DNA of 64,000 bases from Bradymonadia bacterium. GTDB lineage: Bacteria > Myxococcota_A > Bradymonadia > UBA7976 > UBA1532. Positions 11,204 through 22,552 of this stretch are shown here, piece after piece. Below the pieces are notes generated by a model. The model did no database searches. It had not been told where the DNA came from and was given only the letters and a program-made list of their open reading frames with translations. Position 1 is the stretch's first letter; every line of letters begins with the position of its first letter. Position numbers and translations under genes: made by a program. The stretch is taken from contig JBMOFP010000005.1 of the NCBI GenBank assembly GCA_049318805.1, forward strand, positions 960 through 64,959, given 5' to 3'.

Positions 11204-12865
11204 ATGCCGGACCGCGCCCAAGAGCCGGACTTCGACGCCCGCCTCGCGCAGCTCAAGCGAGAGCGGGACGAGTTCGCCCGAACCGTGATGGACCTCACCG
11301 CCCGCTTCGACGAGAAGGTCGAAGAGCTTTCGCTGGTTCGCCAGGTCGGCGACGAGCTCGGCTCGAGCCTCGACTTCGGGACGGTCTGCGGTCGAACCGT
11401 CGACCTGATCCACGAGGCGCTCGCGCCGGAGAACTGCTCGATTTTCGTCGTGACCTACGACCCGAACGGCCAGCCGCTGGGCTTGTGCCTGGCCGCGGGG
11501 CGGGGCGCGTTCGACGACGTCGCTCGCGTCTACGAGGTCGCGGCGGAGCACCCCCGTTTCGGGATCGGCGAAGGGGTCGCGGGCCACGTCGCCCTTCACC
11601 GCAAGGCCATCCGGCTGGGCAACGCCCCGGCCGACGCCCGTTTTCTTCGACGACCCGACGCGGCCACACAAACGCTGTCTCTCCTGTGTCTCCCTTTGCT
11701 CGTGCGCGATCGTGTGGTCGGGGTGATCAACCTCTCGGACTCCGCGCCGGACGCCTTCGAACCGCGGCACGAGCGGCTCCTCGCCATCATCGCCAACGCG
11801 GTCGCCATGGCGGCTGAAAACGCGCGCCTCTTTTCGGCCGTTCATCGGAGTCGCGAGGTCCTCGCGAACGAGAATCGGAGTCTGCGTCAGGCCCTGGCCG
11901 AGCGCTCGTCGCCCACGGGCCTCGTCGGGGCCAGCCCGGCGTTCCGCGCGGCGATGCAGCTCGTCGAGAAGGTCGCGGACACGACCGCGAGCGTGCTCAT
12001 TACGGGTGAGAGCGGCACGGGCAAAGAGATGATCGCCCGCACCATCCACCAGCTCAGCGAGCGCCGAGACCGTCCATTCGTCGCGATCAACTGCGCGGCT
12101 CTGCCGGAGTCGTTGCTCGAGGCCGAGCTCTTCGGCATCGAGCGCGGGGTCGCGACGGGGGTCGACGCCCGCGCCGGCACCTTCGAGCGGGCCGACGGGG
12201 GCACGCTCTTCCTCGACGAGATCGGCGACATGGCCCCCGCGACCCAGGCGAGGGTGCTCCGTGTCCTCCAGGAGCGGCAGGTCGTCCGCGTCGGGGCCCG
12301 AAAGCCGTTGGACGTGGACGTCCGTCTCGTGGCCGCGACCCATCGCGACCTGCCGGCGGAGATCAAGGCGACGCGGTTCCGAGAAGACCTGTACTACCGG
12401 CTCAAGGTCGTCACGCTGCATCTGCCGCCGCTGCGTGACCGCCGTGAGGACCTGATCCCGCTGGCGATGCACTTCATGGCCCGCTTCTCGGCGCGCCACG
12501 GACGCCCGGAGCGCCCGCTCTCGAGGGCGGCCGCTCGCGCGCTGCTCGCGCATCGGTGGCCCGGCAACGTGCGTGAGCTCGAACACGCCCTCGAGCAGGC
12601 GGTGCTCGTCGCCGAGGGGCAAGAGGTCGAGCCGGTCGACCTCGGGTTGTCGACCGTGAACGCGTCGGGCGTGCGCGTCGACCTGCCCGACCACCTCGAG
12701 GACCTGCAGGAGACCGTCGGCGAGGTCACCGAGGTGGCCGAACGGCGCCTGATCGAGCGGGCCCTGGCGGCTGTCGGGGGCAATCGGACCCAGGCCGCGC
12801 GGGCGCTGGGCGTGTCACGGCGCACGTTGCTCTACAAGCTCAAGCGACTCGGGATCGAGGCGTGA
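11204..12865 (+). CDS. Sigma-54-dependent transcriptional activator with N-terminal GAF domain and C-terminal Fis-type HTH
   Basis: The AAA+ sigma-54 interaction domain is recognisable ([15 protein letters not shown]…, the GAFTGA-like variant ERGVATG, and ESLLEAELFG). An HTH follows (QAARALGVSRRTLLYKLKRLG). The ATG at 11204 lies 5 nt after the HDOD stop. Confidence 0.9.
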   Translation: MPDRAQEPDFDARLAQLKRERDEFARTVMDLTARFDEKVEELSLVRQVGDELGSSLDFGTVCGRTVDLIHEALAPENCSIFVVTYDPNGQPLGLCLAAGRGAFDDVARVYEVAAEHPRFGIGEGVAGHVALHRKAIRLGNAPADARFLRRPDAATQTLSLLCLPLLVRDRVVGVINLSDSAPDAFEPRHERLLAIIANAVAMAAENARLFSAVHRSREVLANENRSLRQALAERSSPTGLVGASPAFRAAMQLVEKVADTTASVLITGESGTGKEMIARTIHQLSERRDRPFVAINCAALPESLLEAELFGIERGVATGVDARAGTFERADGGTLFLDEIGDMAPATQARVLRVLQERQVVRVGARKPLDVDVRLVAATHRDLPAEIKATRFREDLYYRLKVVTLHLPPLRDRREDLIPLAMHFMARFSARHGRPERPLSRAAARALLAHRWPGNVRELEHALEQAVLVAEGQEVEPVDLGLSTVNASGVRVDLPDHLEDLQETVGEVTEVAERRLIERALAAVGGNRTQAARALGVSRRTLLYKLKRLGIEA

Positions 12866-12869
12866 GATG

Positions 12870-13001
12870 TGCGCAATCGCTTGCGCATCGGCGGCATGCG
12901 CATGTGCAACGGCTTGCGCACGTCTCATCGGCTACGGCGAGAATGGGGTGCGCGTCCGGTGTACACCGCGAGGGTCCAGCAGGTATGCAAATGCTTGCGC
13001 A
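12870..13001 (+). promoter_or_regulatory. Three upstream activator-like repeat sites (GCAA-NN-GCTTGCGCA; the first is a perfect palindrome TGCGCAA-N4-TTGCGCA)
   Basis: The sites lie at 12870-12887, 12905-12920 and 12986-13001. Each contains the identical 9-mer GCTTGCGCA. They sit 75-205 bp upstream of a consensus sigma-54 promoter, immediately after the enhancer-binding protein gene. Confidence 0.55.
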
Positions 13002-13073
13002 GTTGGGCTGGCCGCATAACGTCGCCGTGGTGTGCGGGGCGGGGGCGCGCACCGTCCGCGGAGTGTCGACCCT

Positions 13074-13089
13074 TGGCACGGCCGTTGCT
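13074..13089 (+). promoter_or_regulatory. Sigma-54 (-24/-12) promoter TGGCACG-N4-TTGCT
   Basis: TGGCACGGCCGTTGCT is an exact match to the consensus, including spacing. It lies 42 bp upstream of the J-domain gene's ATG at 13131. Confidence 0.7.
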
Positions 13090-13130
13090 GTTGTAGCGCT
13101 CCGAGGCGTCTGACCCACGCCGGAGTACCC

Positions 13131-14150
13131 ATGGTTCTGACGCAGACCCACTGTTATCAGCTCCTCGGCCTGGCCGACTCCGCTTCCCTCTCCGAGGTGA
13201 AGCGGGCGTACCGTCGTCTGGCCCGAACGATGCACCCGGATGCCGGCGGTGACCACGCCCGGTTTGCGGAGATTACGGCGGCCTACAATGTCCTGACGGG
13301 GCGCATCAGCCCGGACAGGGCGGCGAAGAAGTCGCAGGCACCTGCCCGCGCGGCCGACGACTTCGATCGCGACGCCGCGTTCGCCGACTTTCGTCGGCGC
13401 GCGGCGACTTTTCGCTCGAAGGCCGAGGCGCGCGGCGCCGAGCGGGACGAACCCCGTTCGACCCCAGCGCCCAGCGCCGAGCCCGCGGCCAGGGAAGGCC
13501 GCGTCCCCTCCGACGATGGAGCGGGCTCCACGGCGGACCTGCGAGAGGCGACGGTCTCGCCCGAGGTGCCGGTCCAGCCCGGCTTCTGGGCGCGGCTGCG
13601 GACCCGTTTGCGCCGCGCACGCGCCGTGACCGGCTCCAACATCGAGCAAGCGCTCGTCGTCGACGTGGAGACCCTCCTGCGGGGCGCGGAGCCGACGGTC
13701 TCGGTGACACGTCTCGCGGCGTGCCCGTCCTGCGCCGGTGAAGGCGACGGGTCGTGCATCTGCCGCGGTGAGGGCCGACTTCTCGTACGCGAGAAGGTGA
13801 AGGTCGTCGTGCCCCCCGGCGCGCGGCCGGGGGCCCGCTTGCGGCTGAGGTCCAAAGGCAACGAAGGCCTCGCGGGCGAGCCCGCGGGGGACCTGTATCT
13901 GACCCTCGAGCCGGTCGAGGTCCCCGGGTATCTGCGCGAAGGCGCGGACCTCCGGGGCACCCTCGAGGTGCCGGCTTCGTTGGCCCGCCATGGAGGGGCG
14001 TTGGCCATTCCCACACCCTGGGGCTCGGTGCGACTGGATGTCCCGCCGGGTACCCGTGATGGCATGCGGTTCCGCCTGCCGGGGCAGGGTTTGCCTCGGT
14101 GGCGCGCCGCCGGCCGCGGTGAACTCTTCCTCCTCGTCGCGATCCGCTGA
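13131..14150 (+). CDS. DnaJ/CbpA-like J-domain co-chaperone with a degenerate single Zn-finger and DnaJ C-terminal domain
   Basis: The J domain has an HPD motif (YQLLGLADSASLSEVKRAYRRLARTMHPDAGGD). A low-complexity linker follows. Only CPSCAGEGDGSCICRGEG remains of the four canonical CxxCxGxG zinc-finger motifs. A beta-rich C-terminal domain completes the protein. A GGAG ribosome-binding site precedes the ATG. Confidence 0.8.
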   Translation: MVLTQTHCYQLLGLADSASLSEVKRAYRRLARTMHPDAGGDHARFAEITAAYNVLTGRISPDRAAKKSQAPARAADDFDRDAAFADFRRRAATFRSKAEARGAERDEPRSTPAPSAEPAAREGRVPSDDGAGSTADLREATVSPEVPVQPGFWARLRTRLRRARAVTGSNIEQALVVDVETLLRGAEPTVSVTRLAACPSCAGEGDGSCICRGEGRLLVREKVKVVVPPGARPGARLRLRSKGNEGLAGEPAGDLYLTLEPVEVPGYLREGADLRGTLEVPASLARHGGALAIPTPWGSVRLDVPPGTRDGMRFRLPGQGLPRWRAAGRGELFLLVAIR

Positions 14151-14461
14151 TGCGCGCTGGAAGCGTAGCCGGGCGCGCCGGCGTCGCGATCTCTGCGACC
14201 ACCGCGAAGCCGCAAGCGGTCGACCGGATCGTCGACGCCGTCGCCGGCCTCTTCGGCATGGCGCCGACGGTCAACTTCGCGCCCGTGGACGGGGTCTACA
14301 AGGCGGAGACGAACGTCGACGCCCGAAGCACGGGGCTCCAGGCCACGCAGCGCGTGAACGCGACGGGGCAGGGCGGGGCGGTTCGCCTCTACAACCGGCG
14401 CGGTCGAGAGATCTACGTGCAGCCGCCGGAGCTGGGCGGAATCATCGACGAGCACGTCTGA
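14150..14461 (+). CDS. Hypothetical protein (103 aa), translationally coupled to the J-domain gene by an ATGA overlap
   Basis: The ATG at 14150 overlaps the TGA of the preceding gene. There is no recognisable domain. Confidence 0.45.
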   Translation: MRAGSVAGRAGVAISATTAKPQAVDRIVDAVAGLFGMAPTVNFAPVDGVYKAETNVDARSTGLQATQRVNATGQGGAVRLYNRRGREIYVQPPELGGIIDEHV

Positions 14462-14519
14462 GGTCGTCGCCGCGCGGCGTCCTTTCATTGCCTCGCGTCT
14501 TCCCGTAAATCTCCCGCCG

Positions 14520-17209
<2,690 letters not shown>

Positions 17210-17213
<4 letters not shown>

Positions 17214-18088
17214 CGTTTCGCGAGGCCGTGACGGCCTACCTCACCTGGGTCCGCGTAGAGCGCGGGCTGGCCGCGCACACCGTCGCGGCCTACCGGCGAG
17301 ACCTCCAGGACTTTGAACGACGCCTCGAGCCTGGCGCCGTAGACCAGATCGTCCTCGAGGACGTCCTGCGGTGGCTGGCGCTCCGAAACGCCGACGGCAT
17401 CGGGGCGCGGTCCCAGGCGCGGGGGCTCGTGGCGTTGCGCGGGCTGTTCCGACACCTCTCGGACGAGCACGGCCTGCGCACGGATCCCACGGCGCTGGTC
17501 GAGATGCCGCGCATCGGCCGACCCCTACCGAAGACACTCTCGCTCGACGAGGTCGACGCGCTGCTCGCCGCGCCGGATCGCGGTGATCCGGTCGGCCTGC
17601 GGGACGCCGCGATGCTCGAGGTCCTGTACGCGACCGGCCTGCGCGTGTCGGAGCTGGTGGGCCTGCGCATCGACCAGGTGCACCTCGAGGCCGGGTTCGT
17701 GCGTGTACTCGGCAAGGGCCGCAAGGAGCGCATCGTGCCTCTGGGGGACGTCGCCCGCGAGGCCGTCGAACGCTACCTGGCGACGGCTCGCCGTGCGCCC
17801 CGACGCGCCGCGGAGGCGCTGTTCATCTCGAGGCTCGACCGTGGATTGACCCGCCAGGGCTTCTTCAAGATCCTGCGGGCCGTGGCGCTCAAGGCGGGCA
17901 TCGACCGGAGCGTCAGTCCCCACCAGCTTCGTCACGCTTTCGCCACGCATCTCCTCGAGCGCGGCGCGGACCTTCGAAGCCTGCAATTGATGCTCGGACA
18001 CGCAGACATCGGAACCACGGAAATCTACACGCATCTGTCCCGAGCACGTTTGTCGCGCATTCACGCAGAGCACCACCCGAGGGGCTGA
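17210..18088 (+). CDS. xerD: Tyrosine recombinase, XerC/XerD family (chromosome dimer resolution)
   Basis: The GTG start overlaps the mutS stop (GTGA). Catalytic residues R, H-x-x-R and Y are present in context (HQLRHAFATHLLERGADLRSLQLMLGHADIGTTEIYTH). I saw no flanking att-like repeats or cargo genes. Confidence 0.85.
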
Positions 18089-18095
18089 GGCACGC

Positions 18096-18749
18096 ATGGA
18101 CTGGGGTCAAAAGGCACTGGCGCTGTTCACGATCATCTTCTCGGTCACGATCCACGAGTTCGCGCACGCGTGGTCGGCCTGGAAGATGGGGGACGACACC
18201 GCCGCGCGGCAGGGGCGGCTCACCTTGAACCCCATGCCGCTCATGCAGGCCGAGCCCATCGGCATGGTCGTGGCGCCGCTGCTCGGCGCATGGACCGGCT
18301 TCCTCTTCGCCTGGGCGAGCACGCCAGTCGATCTTCGGCGTGTCTCCCGCAAGTTCACCATGCGTCAGGCGAACTTCTGGATCTCGCTCGCGGGCCCGCT
18401 GAGCAACCTCGGGCTCGCGGTGGTCTCCGTCGGCCTCCTCGCCGGCCTGCACATGTCCGGGCAGCTCGCGAACGCGGACCTCGGCGAGCCGTTCGGCCTG
18501 TTCGCGCAGCAGCTCGCGCTCACCAACCTGACGCTCTTCTTCTTCAACCTCATCCCGGTCTCGCCGCTCGACGGCTTCTCGGTGCTCTTCTCGGTGCTCC
18601 CTCGCAGCTTCGAGCGCGTCGAGGCCGTGATGCGCGAGTACGGCGGGATGCTGCTGATTCTGATCATGTTCACGGGCGCGCGGCTCCTGTCTCCGGTCAT
18701 CATCTCGACCTACCGGTTCCTGCTCGATCTGATGGGCCTGACCGGATGA
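18096..18749 (+). CDS. Site-2 protease-family (M50) membrane zinc metalloprotease
   Basis: The protein carries HEFAHA (HExxH) and NLIPVSPLDG (LDG motif) and is polytopic and hydrophobic. Confidence 0.8.
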   Translation: MDWGQKALALFTIIFSVTIHEFAHAWSAWKMGDDTAARQGRLTLNPMPLMQAEPIGMVVAPLLGAWTGFLFAWASTPVDLRRVSRKFTMRQANFWISLAGPLSNLGLAVVSVGLLAGLHMSGQLANADLGEPFGLFAQQLALTNLTLFFFNLIPVSPLDGFSVLFSVLPRSFERVEAVMREYGGMLLILIMFTGARLLSPVIISTYRFLLDLMGLTG

Positions 18750-19603
18750 CCGACGACCCAGAGAGCGCGCGGGCCCCGGTCCACCTCGAGGGTGAGGCGT
18801 TCTCGATCCATCTGCCCACCTTCGACGGGCCCCTCGACCTCCTCTTGCACCTGATCCGCAAAGAGGAGCTCGACATCTTCGACATCCCGATCTCGCGCCT
18901 GACCACGGCCTATCTGGGCTACCTCGAGGCCATGCGCAGGCTCGCGATCGAGCCCGCCAGCGAGTTCCTGGTCATGGCCGCGACGCTGATGCAGCTCAAG
19001 AGCGTCATGCTCTTGCCGCGCCCGCCGCTCGCGGCGGACGAGGCCGGAGAGCTCCTCGATCCGCGCGAGGTGCTCGTTCGCCGGCTGCTCGAGTACCAGC
19101 GTTTCAAGGAGGTCTCAAGAGCTCTGGACGGGCTCCCGCGTTTGGGTCGGGACGTCTTCGTGCGCGCCGCGGGGCTCGACCGCCCCCCCGACCCCGAGGA
19201 CGAGGCGGAGCTCGCCAATGCCGATGTCTATCGGCTCGCCGAGGCCTTCCGGAGTCTCATGCGACGCGGTCGGTTCACCGCGCCGCACGACATCTACGTC
19301 GAGCGGGTCTCTCTCGCGGAGCGCATCGCGCAGATTGCCGAGCGGCTCGACCGGGATGGGACCGCGAGCTACGAGGCGCTGTGCGAGGGCGCTCGACATC
19401 GAGAGGAGCTCATCACCACGTTCCTCGCGCTCCTCGAGATGGCACGCCTCAAGCTCGTGCGCGTCACGCAGGGCGACCGGCTCGGGCCGCTCTGGATCGA
19501 GCCGCGGGTCGGGGCGATCGGTGTCCTCGGCGAGGAAGCGGCGGGCATGATGGAGGTCGAAGACGGCGGTCAGTCGTCGGCGTCTTCCAAGTCTTCCTCA
19601 TAG
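18745..19603 (+). CDS. scpA: Segregation and condensation protein A
   Basis: The ATGA overlap at 18745 couples it to the preceding gene. The translation LDLLLHLIRKEELDIFDIPISRLTTAYLGYLE…FLVMAATLMQLKS is ScpA-like. Confidence 0.88.
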
Positions 19604-20283
19604 GGGTCCTCGTCGACCTTCGTGAGGGCGTCGAGGGCGTCGAGCTCGAGCTGCCGCTCCCCGGCAAGGCGCGCTTCCTCTTCGGCCCGTAGGCTCTCGA
19701 GGTCTCGAAGCGTGGGCATCGCGCGCAGGTTCTCCAGACCGAAGGTCTCCAGGAACTCTGGGGTCGTCGCGTACAGGAGGGGGCGACCGGGCTCGTCCTT
19801 ACGACCGACGATCTTGATCCATCGCCGCTCCAGCAATGACCTCAGCACGCCCCCCGCGTCCACACCGCGCACGTCCTCGATCTCGGCGCGCGTGCACGGT
19901 TGCCGATAGGCCACGATGGCGAGCGTCTCCAGGGAGGCGCCCCCCAGCCGCGCCGCACGCTCCGGCCACAGGCGTCGAACGACGCGGGCCAGGTCGGGCG
20001 GCGTTCGAAGTCGATAACCGCCGCCGACCTCCACGCACTCGATGCCCCCGTCTCGACCGACCCGTTCCACGAGGGTCCTCAGGACCGCGTCAATCTCGTG
20101 GAGTGCGACCGGGAGAGGCCATTCGCCCTCCACGTGCGCAGACGCGAGCAGCCCGTGCAGGTCCGTATTGGTCAGGGGTCGCTCCGCGGCGAGGAGCAGC
20201 GCCTCGACGACGCGCCCGAGCGCGGCGCGCGCGTCCGTCGGTCCTGGACTTTCAGCGCCCCCTTCGACGTCGTCGCCCTCCAC
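19570..20283 (-). CDS. scpB: Segregation and condensation protein B
   Basis: The translation LETLAIVAYRQPCTRAEIEDVRGVDAGGVLRSLLERRWIKIVGRKDEPGRPLLYATTPEFLETFGL is ScpB-like. The gene is on the opposite strand to scpA, and their 3' ends overlap by 34 bp. Confidence 0.88.
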   Translation of the reverse strand: MEGDDVEGGAESPGPTDARAALGRVVEALLLAAERPLTNTDLHGLLASAHVEGEWPLPVALHEIDAVLRTLVERVGRDGGIECVEVGGGYRLRTPPDLARVVRRLWPERAARLGGASLETLAIVAYRQPCTRAEIEDVRGVDAGGVLRSLLERRWIKIVGRKDEPGRPLLYATTPEFLETFGLENLRAMPTLRDLESLRAEEEARLAGERQLELDALDALTKVDEDPYEEDLEDADD

Positions 20284-20284
20284 C

Positions 20285-22441
20285 TCACGGACCTCCGGGA
20301 TCGGACTCGATGAAACGCACGAGCGCGGCCCGGAGCGCGGGCTCCGCTTCCCGATTCGAGGGCAGCAGGTCCCGCTTCTCCGCCGGATCGAGCGCGAGGT
20401 CGTAGAGCTCGGTCTTGTTCTCGGTCAGGTTGCGGATGAGCTTCTTGCGATGCACGTCCACCGCGGCGACGAGGTGGGTCTCATAGTTCGGGTAGGGGAG
20501 CTGCTCCGCGAACACGACCCGGTCGCTGGGCCACTCTCCGCCGTCTTGCATCAGCGGGGCGAGGCTCGCGCCCAGGGCGTCCGGGGCCGTCGTGCCCGTC
20601 AGCGTCGCCAGCGTCGGCAGCACGTCCACCAGGCCCACGGGCACCGCGACGCGGCGGGGCGCGACACCGGGGGCGCGTAAGAAGAAGGTCGCGCGAATCT
20701 CCTCGTCGTAGAGCGTGCGCCCGTGGAAGAGGAAGCCGTGCTCCTTGAAAGCCTCGCCGTGGTCACTGAAGAGCACGACGATCGTGTCGTCCTTGAAAGA
20801 CGCCTCGTCGAGCAAGTCCAGCACCGGGCCGAGGTGGCGATCGACGAACGCGATCTCGCTGTCGTACTTGTCGACGAGCTCGTCTCCGAAGTCCTGGACC
20901 TCCGGATGCTTCATGTAGCGGCTGTGGGGGTCGAAGTAGTGGGCGAAGAGAACGTACGGGCGCCCCGCGGCCTCGAGCGCGCGCAGCCGTTCGACCACCC
21001 GCGGCGTGAGGTCCGGCGCGGCCGACTGGGTATTGCTGTCCTTGATGGACAGGGCGCCGCGGTTGTCCCATTCGTCCACGCCCTGCCGAATGCCCTGAGC
21101 CTTGTCCCAGTACCAGTGCGCGGTCTGGGCCTCGGTCCGGTAGCCGGCGCGCTGGAAGACCTCGAAGAGGGTGTCGTTTGCCTCGGTGAGTGCGCCGTAG
21201 TTCGCGAAGCGCTTCACCCACTTCACCCGTGAAGCCGGTCGACCCGTGAGAAACGCGGGCAGGGAGCGCGGGGTATTGGGCGCGGGCGCGAGGGTGTGGT
21301 CGAACGCGACCGCGGTCCGCGCGAAGGCGTCAATCCGCGGGCTGGTCGGCCGGTGGTACCCGTAGAAGCCGAGGTGGTCGGGCCGCAGGGTGTCGACGGC
21401 CAGCAGGACCACGTTCGGGCGTTTTCCCTGGGCCTCGGCGGCCGTAGACGGCGCGCTCACCGGGGCGCTCGGCGGCGGCACCTCGACCGACGCGTCGCCG
21501 TCGGCGCAGTTGTCGTCGACCCCGTTGCCCGGGACCTCCGTCGCGCCTGGAAACACCTCGGCCCGGGTATCGTCGCAATCGCCGCCCCCGAAGCTCGCCG
21601 GGTGCCCGTCGCCGTCGCCGTCCGCGAGCCGACGCACGAGCCCGAGGGCGATGCGCGACACCTGACCGTCCCGCGCGATGTGACTCGCCGCGTCCGCGTT
21701 GCCCGACAGCTCCACGAGCCCCGCGACCACGACGAGGCCTGCGCCGCCGACAAGCGCGAACCCGAGCCTGTGGGCCTGTCTGCCGAGTCCAGCAGTCAGC
21801 CAGGCGAGCACCGGGACAGCCAGTGCGCCGAACGCGAGCTGTCCCAACCAGCCGAGCCGCCACGCGCCGAGGTCGAGGCGCGAAAGCGCGAGCCCGACCA
21901 CAGCCGCCAGTGTGAGTCCGAGCCCCAGAGACAGGGCGTGGTGTACCCGGAGTCCACCGAGTCGGCCCGTCGGTGCGATGCGGGCGAGGGCAGGCCGCAC
22001 GGACCGGCGGAGCGCGGGTACGCTGTACTCGGCCACGGCCCAGCCGGCCAGCGCCGCGAGCGCGACGAAGGGCCCGGCGAATCCACGCTGCGCGAAGCCG
22101 TGCGCCAGGTAGCCCCCCGCGAAGGCCGCCGCCGCGATCAGCGTCGCCGCGAGACACCGCGCGACGAACTGGGCGGCGGCGTCCAGGTCCCGCGGCCCGA
22201 GCGCCTCGGGGGACGCGGCCGCCTCCTCCCAGGCCGGCAGCGCGAGCGCGTGCACCAGCCCGACACCGAGGCCGACCCCGACGACGAGGGCGAGCGCCCC
22301 CAGGAAGACCCCGAAGGTCTCCGCCGGGGCGGTGCCGCGCAACGCCACGGCCTCGAGCAGACCGAGCAGACCGAACGCGCTCGAAGAGACGGCGAGCACC
22401 CAAGAGCGACCAGGGGCGAGGAACGGTGAGGGCTTCGACAT
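20285..22441 (-). CDS. Polytopic membrane protein with MopE-like Cys-rich metal-binding repeat and C-terminal alkaline-phosphatase-superfamily domain (sulfatase-like, LtaS/EptA-type)
   Basis: The N-terminal region of about 280 aa is hydrophobic and multi-transmembrane. It is followed by GDCDDTRAEVFPGATEVPGNGVDDNCADG, which matches the myxobacterial Cys-rich repeat. The catalytic domain has VVLLAVDTLRPDHLG…APNTPRSLPAFLTGR, where Thr replaces the sulfatase Cys. The start is ambiguous: ATG at 22441 (used here), or alternatives at 22468 and 22525. Confidence 0.75.
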   Translation of the reverse strand: MSKPSPFLAPGRSWVLAVSSSAFGLLGLLEAVALRGTAPAETFGVFLGALALVVGVGLGVGLVHALALPAWEEAAASPEALGPRDLDAAAQFVARCLAATLIAAAAFAGGYLAHGFAQRGFAGPFVALAALAGWAVAEYSVPALRRSVRPALARIAPTGRLGGLRVHHALSLGLGLTLAAVVGLALSRLDLGAWRLGWLGQLAFGALAVPVLAWLTAGLGRQAHRLGFALVGGAGLVVVAGLVELSGNADAASHIARDGQVSRIALGLVRRLADGDGDGHPASFGGGDCDDTRAEVFPGATEVPGNGVDDNCADGDASVEVPPPSAPVSAPSTAAEAQGKRPNVVLLAVDTLRPDHLGFYGYHRPTSPRIDAFARTAVAFDHTLAPAPNTPRSLPAFLTGRPASRVKWVKRFANYGALTEANDTLFEVFQRAGYRTEAQTAHWYWDKAQGIRQGVDEWDNRGALSIKDSNTQSAAPDLTPRVVERLRALEAAGRPYVLFAHYFDPHSRYMKHPEVQDFGDELVDKYDSEIAFVDRHLGPVLDLLDEASFKDDTIVVLFSDHGEAFKEHGFLFHGRTLYDEEIRATFFLRAPGVAPRRVAVPVGLVDVLPTLATLTGTTAPDALGASLAPLMQDGGEWPSDRVVFAEQLPYPNYETHLVAAVDVHRKKLIRNLTENKTELYDLALDPAEKRDLLPSNREAEPALRAALVRFIESDPGGP

Positions 22442-22552
22442 GGGCGCGGCATCGTGTGAGAAGGGCATGCGTGTGTCAACGCGACCCGACCACCGCTTGA
22501 CCGTCGTGCCCACGCGTCGCACCATGCCGCGCCTCTAGGGCGCCGGGAGTCG

